The notes beneath the pieces were generated by a model. That model was not told the DNA's origin, made no database searches, and saw only the letters and a program-made list of their open reading frames with translations. From positions 1-64,000 of the forward strand of contig CAVZQC010000003.1 in NCBI GenBank assembly GCA_963777315.1: 64,000 nt of DNA. Direction: 5' to 3'. The stretch comes from Vulcanimicrobiota bacterium (lineage in GTDB: Bacteria > Vulcanimicrobiota > Vulcanimicrobiia > Vulcanimicrobiales > Vulcanimicrobiaceae). The translations under genes and the position numbers were made by a program. Each line of letters opens with the position of its first letter. Position 1 is the stretch's first letter. This document shows positions 19,990 through 28,957 of the stretch, one piece after another.

Positions 19990-20846
19990 TGGTGCTTTGT
20001 TTCGTAGCCGCGCTAGCGGCAGCCGTTTTCGCTTGTAGTGGACCGCCGGCCTCATCGCAAAAGCTCTACGTCGTGAACGCCGGTAATAGCACGGTGAGCG
20101 TATTCGACCTAACCGGTTCCTTGGCCGCAGTCACCGTGATCTCGGGCGGCGGCCTGTACGGGCCCTCGGGGGCAGCCGTCGACGCGAAGGAAGATCTCTA
20201 CGTCACGAATCCGGTCCTCGACAGCGTGAGCGTCTTCGATACGCGGCATGATGATGCGGCACTGCCGCCGATCACCGGCCCGCGTAATCGATATTATCCC
20301 GGCGGCGCGGCATTCGATGCCGACGGCAATCTCTACATCGCCAATGCCGGCGTCGACGCCATCTCCGTGTTCAATAATTTACCGAGCGCGGCGGCGCGGA
20401 CGATAACCGGAGGCGGCTTGAGCGCACCTTGGGGCGTAGCAGTCGGCGTCGACGGCAAGCTTTACGTCGCCAACGAGCGCCGCAACAGCGTGAGCGTTTT
20501 CGATACCAGACATGGCAACGCTTCGCTTACCGCGATTACCGGCAACGGGCTGAACTTTCCCTTCGGAGTAGCGATCGCGCCGAATGGCAAGCTCTACGTC
20601 GCGAATTTTGACGGCAACAGCGTGAGCGTTTTTAACACCACGCGGGCAAATGCCCCGCTCGCGCCGATTACCGGCGGAGGTTTGCACCACCCCTCCGGCC
20701 TGGCACTCGGCGCCCATGCCAGGCTCTACGTTGCAAACGCCGCTTCCAACAGCGTAAGCGTGTTCGACACGACGCTCAGAAACGCGGCGCTAAAACCGAT
20801 CACCGGCGGCGGCTTGAACTTTCCGTATGGCGTTGCAATCCGCTAA
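19989..20846 (+). CDS. NHL/YncE-like beta-propeller putative lipoprotein
   Basis: Six repeats of about 43 aa (LYVAN...SVSVFDT...ITGGGL..P.GVA); lipobox-like VFAC. Confidence 0.85.
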   Translation: MVLCFVAALAAAVFACSGPPASSQKLYVVNAGNSTVSVFDLTGSLAAVTVISGGGLYGPSGAAVDAKEDLYVTNPVLDSVSVFDTRHDDAALPPITGPRNRYYPGGAAFDADGNLYIANAGVDAISVFNNLPSAAARTITGGGLSAPWGVAVGVDGKLYVANERRNSVSVFDTRHGNASLTAITGNGLNFPFGVAIAPNGKLYVANFDGNSVSVFNTTRANAPLAPITGGGLHHPSGLALGAHARLYVANAASNSVSVFDTTLRNAALKPITGGGLNFPYGVAIR

Positions 20847-20877
20847 AAACGCATTTCCGTCAGCCGGTGAGGTTTGA

Positions 20878-22539
20878 ATGCCGCTCGTCCCTTCTCGCTA
20901 TCAGCCGGCACTCCCAATCGACCGTATCATCGTTCACGGCACGCCGGATAGCGATGCCGTCACGATGGATGTCGTGTTTGTCGGCGGTGGCGCTGCGGGG
21001 CTGGCTGGAGCGATCGAATTGGCGAACCTCGTGAAGCAAGACAACGCGAGCGGCGGTTCGCTGGGCGATGTGCAGATCGCCGTACTCGAGAAAGCACCGG
21101 GATTAGGAGAACACAGCCTCTCGGGTGCAATCGTCAACCCGAGCGCGATGCGTGAACTTTTCCCCGACGTTTCCGACGCTGAGTTTCCATTCCGCGGACT
21201 CGTTAAGAACGAGCGAGTATGCTTGCTCACCCGTGACCGTACTATCCGAATCCCGACGCCGCCGACAATGGGAAATCACGGCTACTACATCGCGTCTCTA
21301 TCCGAGATCGTGCGCTGGTTAGGCCGGCAGGCGGAAGCGTTAGGAGTAAACGTGTTTACGGGGTTCCCGGTGGATGCGCTGCTCGTCGATGACAATCGCG
21401 TGATCGGCGTGCGGACAGCGGCGTCAGGCCTACTGCGCGACGGCTCGCGCGGCAACGCATACGAGCCGCCGCAAGAGATCGCTTCGCGCGTCACCGTGTT
21501 GAGCGAGGGCAGCCGCGGCATGCTCGCGGAGGCGTATTTTCAGTGGCAGGGCATCACAAGCGAGAACCCTCAGATCTTCGCGCTTGGCGTAAAAGAAATC
21601 TGGGAGAGCAAAAGCACACTCGAGAGCGTCATCCACACGCTCGGCTGGCCTTTACGGCGCGACACGTTCGGCGGCAGCTTCATCTATCCGCTCGCACCGA
21701 ATCTCATCGCGATCGGTTTGGTTGTCGGAATGGACTATCCGGATGCCTCGCTCGACGTGCACGCGATGCTGCAGCAACTGAAGCTACATACGCTAATCCG
21801 CCCATTGCTCGAAGGCGGCCGCATGCTCGAATGGGGCGCGAAGACGATTCCGGAGGGTGGCTATTATGCGCTGCGCAGCCGGCGATCCGGTGACGGACTC
21901 ATTATCATCGGCGATGCTGCCGGTTATGTCGAAGTCGCGTCGCTTAAAGGAATCCATTACGCGATGCAGTCCGGAATGTATGCGGCGCGCGCGATCTTCG
22001 ACGCGTTGAAGTCGAGTGATACCTCGGGCAGATCGCTCGCTGCTTGCGACCGATCCGTCGACGCAAGCTTCATCGCGAGTGATCTGCGCAAGCGCCGTAA
22101 CATGCGTCTTGCTTTTCAAGGCAGCAACCTTTACGCCGGCGGCATCAAGGCTGCGATGAGCGGGCTGACGAACGGTGCGCTTTTTGGCCGCAAGATCGAT
22201 TCGCGTGCCGACGCAGACGTCCCGCGCGCTGTACGGGCTACCGCAGTATCGGCGTTCACTGCCGATGGCACGCTCACATTCAACAAGCTCGAAGCGAACT
22301 TCCGCTCCGGCAATGCGACGCGCGACGACATCCCATCGCACCTCATCGTCGGCCCCGACATTTCACCTACCGTCGCGGACTTGTATTCGCACATGTGCCC
22401 CGCGGGCGTTTACGAGCGACATGGGGACAAACTCATCGTAAATTCGCCGAATTGCATCGATTGCAAAGCGACCGATGTGATCGGTCCGCGGTGGACGCCG
22501 CGCGAGGGCACGAGTGGACCCCGCTATCGGTTAATGTAA
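20878..22539 (+). CDS. Electron transfer flavoprotein:quinone oxidoreductase (FixCX-like)
   Basis: VGGGAAG, LGEHSLSGA, WGAKTIPEGG, KGIHYAMQSG, CPAGVYE...NCIDCKAT. Confidence 0.9.
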   Translation: MPLVPSRYQPALPIDRIIVHGTPDSDAVTMDVVFVGGGAAGLAGAIELANLVKQDNASGGSLGDVQIAVLEKAPGLGEHSLSGAIVNPSAMRELFPDVSDAEFPFRGLVKNERVCLLTRDRTIRIPTPPTMGNHGYYIASLSEIVRWLGRQAEALGVNVFTGFPVDALLVDDNRVIGVRTAASGLLRDGSRGNAYEPPQEIASRVTVLSEGSRGMLAEAYFQWQGITSENPQIFALGVKEIWESKSTLESVIHTLGWPLRRDTFGGSFIYPLAPNLIAIGLVVGMDYPDASLDVHAMLQQLKLHTLIRPLLEGGRMLEWGAKTIPEGGYYALRSRRSGDGLIIIGDAAGYVEVASLKGIHYAMQSGMYAARAIFDALKSSDTSGRSLAACDRSVDASFIASDLRKRRNMRLAFQGSNLYAGGIKAAMSGLTNGALFGRKIDSRADADVPRAVRATAVSAFTADGTLTFNKLEANFRSGNATRDDIPSHLIVGPDISPTVADLYSHMCPAGVYERHGDKLIVNSPNCIDCKATDVIGPRWTPREGTSGPRYRLM

Positions 22540-22549
22540 GAGGCGCTTA

Positions 22550-22723
22550 TCACTCGCCAGGTAGCGCCCCCGTAGCGAGATAGAGCACCCATGGTTTTCC
22601 AGGATGGTGATCCTTCGGGAACACCGTTCCTTTTTCGAACGCCTGCCGGTGGCCGCATTCAGCACATTCATACTCGCCGCTAACCGTTACGGTATCGCCG
22701 CACTTTCCAAATATTTCCGCCAT
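22550..22723 (-). CDS. Small zinc-ribbon/YjzC-like protein (57 aa)
   Basis: Translated by hand: MAEIFGKCGDTVTVSGEYECAECGHRQAFEKGTVFPKDHHPGKPWVLYLATGALPGE; below the ORF-track cutoff. Confidence 0.65.
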   Translation of the reverse strand: MAEIFGKCGDTVTVSGEYECAECGHRQAFEKGTVFPKDHHPGKPWVLYLATGALPGE

Positions 22724-22746
22724 TTAATCAGCGTACCCAGGTCAGC

Positions 22747-23469
22747 CTAGGCATTAGAGAACAACGGAATATTGACGCCACTGGCAGCCGCCCAGGGAGT
22801 GTCGAGCAACGCGACGATCAGCCCGGCCACGTCGTTGGGGGTCAGCCCCGGCCGCAGGTGAGGATTGGCGCGCCTCAACATCTCGGTGTCCACCGCACCT
22901 GGGCTGATGCAAAACGCGCTGATTCCGTGCGGTTTGCCCTCCGCGGCGATCGCCTCGGTGAGCCCGACTACCCCGTGCTTGGAGGCGGTGTACGCGGCTA
23001 AGCCCGCAAACTTCTCGGTCGCGTAGATGCCCGAGAGAGACGCGATATTGACGATGCGGCCCTCGCCGGCCGCGCGCATCGCGGCAAAAGCCGCGCGGCA
23101 GCACAGGAAGGTTCCGGTGAGATTGGCGGCGAGCGTCTCCTCCCACATCTGGACTGTCGTTTCATCAAACGGTACGTTGATGAGGGATCCGGCGGCGCAG
23201 ACCAGCGCAGCAGGCGCGCCGAGGCCGGCAGCAACGGCGAAGAGCGCCGCCACACCCTCAGCCCGGCTGACGTCTGTCGGCACCGCTGTTGCCTCACCGC
23301 CGGCTTTGCGTATGCAGTCGCTCACCGTTTCGAGTGCCGCTCTGTCCCTGGCAGCGAGAACCACGTGCGCGCCCGCTTTCGCCATCGCTTCGGCGGTTGC
23401 GCGACCGATGCCGCGGCTTGCACCGGTGACAATAGCGATGCGGCCGGCGAGCCAATGGTCATCAGGCAC
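22747..23469 (-). CDS. SDR family oxidoreductase
   Basis: TGASRGIG, NIAS, YTASK, PGAVDT. Confidence 0.92.
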   Translation of the reverse strand: MPDDHWLAGRIAIVTGASRGIGRATAEAMAKAGAHVVLAARDRAALETVSDCIRKAGGEATAVPTDVSRAEGVAALFAVAAGLGAPAALVCAAGSLINVPFDETTVQMWEETLAANLTGTFLCCRAAFAAMRAAGEGRIVNIASLSGIYATEKFAGLAAYTASKHGVVGLTEAIAAEGKPHGISAFCISPGAVDTEMLRRANPHLRPGLTPNDVAGLIVALLDTPWAAASGVNIPLFSNA

Positions 23470-24556
23470 CGATGTGTGTCCCCACCGATCGCATCATCCG
23501 GCTGTACAGTTCCTCGTGAGCCTTAAGACTAGACTCCAGGCCGAGGCACATCTCCGCCCGCTGACGACAGGCATAACGCGAAATGCCGGTTGCGGCCTTG
23601 CGCACCGCCGTTGCGGCCGCTGCGATGTCGTCCCGAGCAACGAGAAACCCGGTCCGCCCGTCTGCGACGACCTCCTCGAGACCGCCGCGTCGGAAGGCCA
23701 CGACCGGCGTTCCGGCGGCCTGTGCCTCCGCCGCGACCATGCCGAAGGGCTCATCCCACATGGACGGGCACACCACGACGCTCGCATGCGACATGATCGT
23801 CCAAAGAACGGCCCGGTCGACCGCGGCATGGACCGCAACGCCGGGTTCGCCGTGCCGGGGATAGACGTGTTTGCGCGCGTAGTCGAGATCGTAGGGGTCG
23901 CCGTAGAGATCGATGTGCTCGCCGGCAAGCTTGGCGATATCAATGGCCTTTGCCGCACCTTTCTCCGGGCTGAACCGCCCTGCGAAGACGACGCCAACGC
24001 CGCTCGATCGCGACCACGGCACCTCATGCGTCGGCACTCCGTTGGGCAGCACCTGGTCAATGCGGGTGAGCATGTTCCAAGCGTGCTCCTGAAAAGCGGA
24101 AACAGCGGCCACGGCTGGAGAGGCGGCGCTACGGCGCACAACTTCGAGGGCAGCGAGCACCGATGGATCCGGGGGCAGGTGCAGGGTATGGACGACGGGG
24201 ACGGCCAAGGCGGCGGCGAGCCTGATCGCCGCCGCGTCAAATGCATGATTGTGCACGATGTCATACGGAACTTCCCGAACGGCTGCATAGACCGTGGCGA
24301 ACGCCTTTTCTGCAGTCAAACCGTCGCGGCGAATTGGCGAGTCGGCGCGATACAGCGTGCTCGCAAGCGTTGCCGCATCGATCCCGGTGTCGATCGTCGA
24401 AACCGCCGGTATGTCCGATCCAGTGGCCGCGTAGACGTGGACCTCGTGGCCTCGCGTTTGCAAACCAGCGGCGAGATCGGCGACAACCGACTGTGAGCCA
24501 CCGCGTTGTGGTTCGCGAATGGCGCTCACCAGCGGCGCAATAAGCGCGATTTTCAA
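23462..24556 (-). CDS. GT4 glycosyltransferase
   Basis: GGSQSVV, GRFSPEKG, WDEPFGMVAAEAQAAGTPV. Confidence 0.92.
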   Translation of the reverse strand: MKIALIAPLVSAIREPQRGGSQSVVADLAAGLQTRGHEVHVYAATGSDIPAVSTIDTGIDAATLASTLYRADSPIRRDGLTAEKAFATVYAAVREVPYDIVHNHAFDAAAIRLAAALAVPVVHTLHLPPDPSVLAALEVVRRSAASPAVAAVSAFQEHAWNMLTRIDQVLPNGVPTHEVPWSRSSGVGVVFAGRFSPEKGAAKAIDIAKLAGEHIDLYGDPYDLDYARKHVYPRHGEPGVAVHAAVDRAVLWTIMSHASVVVCPSMWDEPFGMVAAEAQAAGTPVVAFRRGGLEEVVADGRTGFLVARDDIAAAATAVRKAATGISRYACRQRAEMCLGLESSLKAHEELYSRMMRSVGTHIGA

Positions 24557-25323
24557 GTGCCGATTTTCTTGTATGCCAAGTCCCGCGGCGGGTTTATCTT
24601 CAATATTTCATACGGGACGTGCCGCTTGCCGCGGTGCCGGATCTGTTGGACAGCATGAGGATAAAAGATCGCCGCCAGCTCCACCGCTTCAGAAACGCTC
24701 GCGAATTCCACCGCCATCTCGCCGGGAAATGACTCGTACGTATAGCCACGCTCCGCCAGCCATTCCGGATGGTTCGGCCACACTATAACCACCCGACCTC
24801 CGGTTGCGCACGCGCGTTCCATCTCCGCGAGACCGGCATCGCCGCCGTGCGCCGGATCAGGTGTAAGCGCGGAGCAGCTCACCACGAGTTCGGCCGATCC
24901 ATCGGACACCGGAAGCGAATCGAAAAATCCGGAAGTGACGTGCAGATCGGAGGCGCCGGTGCGGTCGGCAAACTTTTTCGCTAGGAGGGTTCGCAACTGG
25001 GCAGAGGGTTCAACCGCTATGAGGTGATCACAGCGATCGCTAAGCGTTGCGGTGAGCCGGCCGGTGCCCGGGGCGACCTCGACGATCCTCGCGACGTGAT
25101 GCGGCAGCCGGTCGAGGACTCCGGCATGGATCCGCTCCGCGCTGACCAGGCGATCGTAGATTTCAGGCTCGAGCCGGTACAGCAGTTCCCACGCAAGCGC
25201 GATGTGCTTTTGCGGATCGGGTTCCGGGCTGAGAAAGCGCCGCGCCTCATCTTGGTTGAGGACGCTCAGATCTTCCCTGGTGTAACGGCGACCCAGCTCG
25301 CCGACGCGCGCCGACGCGATCAC
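24553..25323 (-). CDS. Class I SAM-dependent methyltransferase
   Basis: VEVAPGTG, AVEPS, LPVSDGSAELV; GTG start just after the upstream stop. Confidence 0.82.
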   Translation of the reverse strand: MIASARVGELGRRYTREDLSVLNQDEARRFLSPEPDPQKHIALAWELLYRLEPEIYDRLVSAERIHAGVLDRLPHHVARIVEVAPGTGRLTATLSDRCDHLIAVEPSAQLRTLLAKKFADRTGASDLHVTSGFFDSLPVSDGSAELVVSCSALTPDPAHGGDAGLAEMERACATGGRVVIVWPNHPEWLAERGYTYESFPGEMAVEFASVSEAVELAAIFYPHAVQQIRHRGKRHVPYEILKINPPRDLAYKKIGT

Positions 25324-25327
25324 GGCG

Positions 25328-26353
25328 TCAACCGTCTGCGCTGTACTCGGCGCAGTTCTTCTCGGTTTCCCAAACCTTGATGCAGCGCAACGTGGCGACG
25401 CCTCGGAAGTGCGGCGCAAGCCGATTCCAGAACGCCACGGCCAGGTTCTCGGCGGTGGGAATGCATCCCACAAGCCACGGCACGTCGGTGTTCAAATTGC
25501 GGTGGTCGACGTGCTCGATGATCTCGCGACCGATAAGGTGCGAGAGCTCCTTCAGATCAGCGACGTAGCCCGTTGAAGCATCGGCTTTCCCGCCGATGGC
25601 GACTTCGAGCACATAGTTGTGGCCGTGGAGATTCACACATTTTCCGAACAAGCGCCGGTTTTCGTGATCGGGAAGATCCGGGTCGCATAGTTGGTGAGCG
25701 GCGCTGAACGATTCGCGGCGGCTAATGCGGAGTTCGGCACGGCGGGCGACGCCGTTCCTTCCTTCGGCGCGCGCCAAAAATTCCGCGCGGGCGCCGGCAT
25801 CGTCGCGAAGCGCGCCGAGCAGCATCGAGGTCGCGGTCTTCGTACCCGGTTTTTGCACACCGCGAAGCGACATGCACAGATGCTCCGCTTCGAGTACCAC
25901 GCCAACGCCCTTGGCATTCAAGGAGTGCTGGAGGCTATTGGCAATCTGCGCGGTGAGATGCTCTTGCGTTTGGAGGCTGCGCGCAAAGTGCTCCACCAGG
26001 CGAACCAACTTGGAGAGACCGACGATTCTGCCCACCGGCAGATAACCGATGTGCGCAACTCCGACGAACGGCAAAAGATGGTGACGACATAGCGAGTGGA
26101 ACGGGATCGCGCGCATGAGCACGAGGCCATCGTAACGCTCCTCGTTCGCAAAGGTCGTCATCGCGAACGCCGGCGGAGTGACCATCTCCGCGAGCGCCGC
26201 TGCAACGCGCCTTGGCGTTTCCGCGAGGTCTTCTTCCGATGGATCGAAGCCGAGGGCGATAAGCAAGTTTCTGGCGGCCTTCTGCACCGCAGGCACGTCG
26301 ACGGCACGCTCGGCCTCATCGCACGCGAGCCCGAATGTCACAGCAGCGCGCAT
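25328..26353 (-). CDS. folE: GTP cyclohydrolase I fused to a 6-pyruvoyl/6-carboxy-tetrahydropterin synthase (PTPS/QueD) domain
   Basis: ETPRRVA, SLCRHHLLPF, GLSKL, QTQE, HLCMSLRGV, then in-frame FSAAH, CVNLHGHNY, PTAEN and VWET. Confidence 0.9.
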   Translation of the reverse strand: MRAAVTFGLACDEAERAVDVPAVQKAARNLLIALGFDPSEEDLAETPRRVAAALAEMVTPPAFAMTTFANEERYDGLVLMRAIPFHSLCRHHLLPFVGVAHIGYLPVGRIVGLSKLVRLVEHFARSLQTQEHLTAQIANSLQHSLNAKGVGVVLEAEHLCMSLRGVQKPGTKTATSMLLGALRDDAGARAEFLARAEGRNGVARRAELRISRRESFSAAHQLCDPDLPDHENRRLFGKCVNLHGHNYVLEVAIGGKADASTGYVADLKELSHLIGREIIEHVDHRNLNTDVPWLVGCIPTAENLAVAFWNRLAPHFRGVATLRCIKVWETEKNCAEYSADG

Positions 26354-26376
26354 CTGCTTGCGACCTCCACTACGGC

Positions 26377-26766
26377 TTATCGCCTTCCGGTTGTCGCATT
26401 TGTCGATCGCAATCGGCGCTTCAATACGCCGCGCAACACGACGGCTTCGTTGTGTTCGGTATCCTTTGCGCCGTAGATCAGCGTTATAGCGTGTCTGGGT
26501 TTCGCGTGAGTGACGATAGCCGCAATTGTCTCGCGCGCCTCGGATTCTTTCAGCTCGGCTTTATAGCGCTTCTCGAACTCGGGCCAACGCTCGGGATCAT
26601 GACCGAACCACTTCCGTAAAGCGGTGCTCGGTGAAACGCCTTTCGCCCACATATCGAGATGAAGGCTGACTTTACTGACCCCACGTGGCCAGAGCCGGTC
26701 GACCAGTACACGAAAGCCGTCGTTCCTCGTTCGTTTTTCGTACGCGCGTTTCAATAGAAGTTCCAC
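26377..26766 (-). CDS. DUF488 family protein (YeaO type)
   Basis: DGFRVLVDRLWPRG, LRKWFGHDP, HNEAVVL. Confidence 0.9.
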   Translation of the reverse strand: MELLLKRAYEKRTRNDGFRVLVDRLWPRGVSKVSLHLDMWAKGVSPSTALRKWFGHDPERWPEFEKRYKAELKESEARETIAAIVTHAKPRHAITLIYGAKDTEHNEAVVLRGVLKRRLRSTNATTGRR

Positions 26767-26832
26767 GTTAAGTCTTCCTGTTGCGGATTGTCTGCGAGGC
26801 AGCCGCTCGGTGTAACGGAAGCCGGCAAAGAC

Positions 26833-26876
26833 AGCATAATCGGTTCGGAAGCCGAGAGTCTGTGCGCTTTTAGACG
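26833..26876 (-). promoter_or_regulatory. Crp-type box copy F (CGTCTAAAAGCGCACA, 26861-26876) + 22 bp + -10 TATGCT
   Basis: Repeated motif facing the DUF488-folE operon. Confidence 0.68.
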
Positions 26877-27038
26877 GCGGAGATGAACCTTCTGGGGCTA
26901 CGATTCAGGAGGTCGATTGAGGCGCAGCCGCTGTCGCCTGATGAGCCTATTTAAGGAAGGGAATGCATGCTAAGGGATTGGTTAATCGAGTTTGCCACCT
27001 GCCAGCGCTACGAATAGAACGAAGAAAGAAGACCCCGA

Positions 27039-27509
27039 ATGAACGCGATCACTTTACTGAAAGCCGATCACAATGCCGTCCAAGGCTTGTTACAGCAAAT
27101 CAAATGTCTCGACGAGTCAGCGCATGGACAGCGGCGAGAACTCTTTCGACAGATCGATAAAGAGCTAACCCTGCATTCCAAGATTGAAGAAACGATCTTT
27201 TATCCCGCGCTCAAGCAAAAGGCTTCGTTTTCGGACGACGATGATGCTACACAGGAGGTTCTGGAGGCATACGAAGAGCATGCCAACGTGAAGAGCATGC
27301 TGCAAAGGTTGGAAAGTACCGATGCGGCGGACGAGACGTACAACGCGAAACTTCAGGTGCTGAGCGAGTTGGTGAAACATCACGTGCACGAAGAAGAGCA
27401 CGAGATGTTCAAAGAAGCGAAAGACCTGATGAGTGAATCGGAGCTCGAGCAGCTTGGAGCACAATTGGCGCAAGCCAAAGAGCAGATGCTCAGCAGGGCC
27501 GCTGTATAG
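27039..27509 (+). CDS. Hemerythrin/HHE domain protein
   Basis: ADH, HSKIEETIFYP, EEH, HHVHEEEHEMF. Confidence 0.9.
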   Translation: MNAITLLKADHNAVQGLLQQIKCLDESAHGQRRELFRQIDKELTLHSKIEETIFYPALKQKASFSDDDDATQEVLEAYEEHANVKSMLQRLESTDAADETYNAKLQVLSELVKHHVHEEEHEMFKEAKDLMSESELEQLGAQLAQAKEQMLSRAAV

Positions 27510-28063
27510 AAGCGCCGCGGCTGCTCACGCTCGGACACGGAACTGCGAGTGAGGATGACCTCGCGCGGCTCATTCGGGGAGCCGCGATCCAATCGCTCGT
27601 CGACGTCCGCACCGTCCCCAAAAGCCGCCGCCATCCGCAGTTTTGGCGCGAAGAGATGGAGCGCTGGGTCCCGGAACGCAGTGGAAGCACGTATCGCTGG
27701 GAGCCCGCTCTGGGGGGCTTTCGCAAGACCAACCGCAACAGCCATAACGTCGCGCTGCGCCACCCTTCGTTTCGCTCGTATGCAGATTACATGGAAACCG
27801 AGGCCTTCGCAATCGCACTCAAAGACGTTCTCGCGCAAGTGACGATGGTGCAGCTGGCGATCATGTGTTCGGAGACCGTTTGGTGGCGTTGCCACCGCCG
27901 GCTCATCTCGGATGCCGCACTCCTGCTCCACGGCGTTCCGGTGCGGCACTTGATGCACGACGGCAAACTGCGGCCGCACATTCCCACGGCCGGCGTTCGC
28001 ACGACGGCGGAGGGAATGCTCCGCTATGACGTACTGTTCGAGACCGCTGACATTATGGAGTGA
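27506..28063 (+). CDS. DUF488 domain protein (long type); no canonical start codon
   Basis: LLTLGHGT, LVDVRTVPKSRRHPQF, MCSETVWWRCHRRLISD; the frame is open upstream of ATG 27656 with only ATA (27506) or CTG (27521). Confidence 0.8.
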   Translation: MEAPRLLTLGHGTASEDDLARLIRGAAIQSLVDVRTVPKSRRHPQFWREEMERWVPERSGSTYRWEPALGGFRKTNRNSHNVALRHPSFRSYADYMETEAFAIALKDVLAQVTMVQLAIMCSETVWWRCHRRLISDAALLLHGVPVRHLMHDGKLRPHIPTAGVRTTAEGMLRYDVLFETADIME

Positions 28064-28957
28064 ATGATCGATATGGCAACACCAGACATCACGGGCGGAT
28101 CCGATCCCCAAGAATCCAAGGAAACACGAGCCGTTGCAGAAAGCGCGCAGAAACTGGTGCATAAAGCGTTCGCCGGCGCGGGGCCGAGCGGTCAAACGCT
28201 CAAGAACTTTCTGAACGGAACCTGGCTTGGGAATCCACTGCACGTCGTTCTAACAGACGTTCCCATCGGCGCGTGGACGGCCGCCCTGGTTTTCGACGCA
28301 ATGCAGTGGGCCGGCGGCCGCGACGACCTTGCAACTGCCGCAGACGCCGCCGTGGCGATCGGCATAGCGGGCGCGCTCGGAGCAGCGCTTACCGGCGTAA
28401 CCGATTGGCAGGATGCGGACGCCCCGGCTCGCCGAATCGGCATGCTGCACGGTATCTTGAACGTGAGCGGAACGGCCTTGTTCGCCGCCTCGCTGATTTC
28501 GCGCAAGCGCAAGTCACGCAGTATGTCTCGAATACTGCGTGCGCTCGGGTATGGGCTAATGACCACCGCTGCCCATCTGGGTGGCGAGATGATTTACACG
28601 CACCGCGTGGGCGTTGACCGTACCGCCGGCCAAACGTTTCCAACGGACTTTGTTTCGGTGTTGGCCGACTCGGATCTGTTAGAATCACAGCCGAAGCGCG
28701 CCGAGCACGATGGTGTTCCGATCCTGTTGGTGCGACGTGGAGCGCAGATCTTTGCTCTGGCTGAGACGTGTTCGCATTTCAGCGGACCGCTCTCGGAAGG
28801 CAAACTCATGGGAGACAGCATTCAGTGTCCGTGGCACAAATCACGATTCGCGCTGGAAGACGGCCGCGTACTCGACGGACCGGCTGTACACCCGCAACCG
28901 TGTCTGGAAACTCGCGTGCGCAACGGCCAGATTGAAGTGCGATCACGCGTTGGTTGA
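28064..28957 (+). CDS. DUF2231 membrane domain + Rieske [2Fe-2S] protein
   Basis: PLHVVLTDVPIGAW, LHGILN, AHLGG; CSH...CPWH Rieske motifs. Confidence 0.9.
   Translation: MIDMATPDITGGSDPQESKETRAVAESAQKLVHKAFAGAGPSGQTLKNFLNGTWLGNPLHVVLTDVPIGAWTAALVFDAMQWAGGRDDLATAADAAVAIGIAGALGAALTGVTDWQDADAPARRIGMLHGILNVSGTALFAASLISRKRKSRSMSRILRALGYGLMTTAAHLGGEMIYTHRVGVDRTAGQTFPTDFVSVLADSDLLESQPKRAEHDGVPILLVRRGAQIFALAETCSHFSGPLSEGKLMGDSIQCPWHKSRFALEDGRVLDGPAVHPQPCLETRVRNGQIEVRSRVG

Noticed and set aside
25328..26353. folE/queD as a queuosine or 7-deazaguanine DNA-modification (dpd) locus
   Set aside because: No queE, queC, tgt/dpdA or nuclease/helicase genes in the window.
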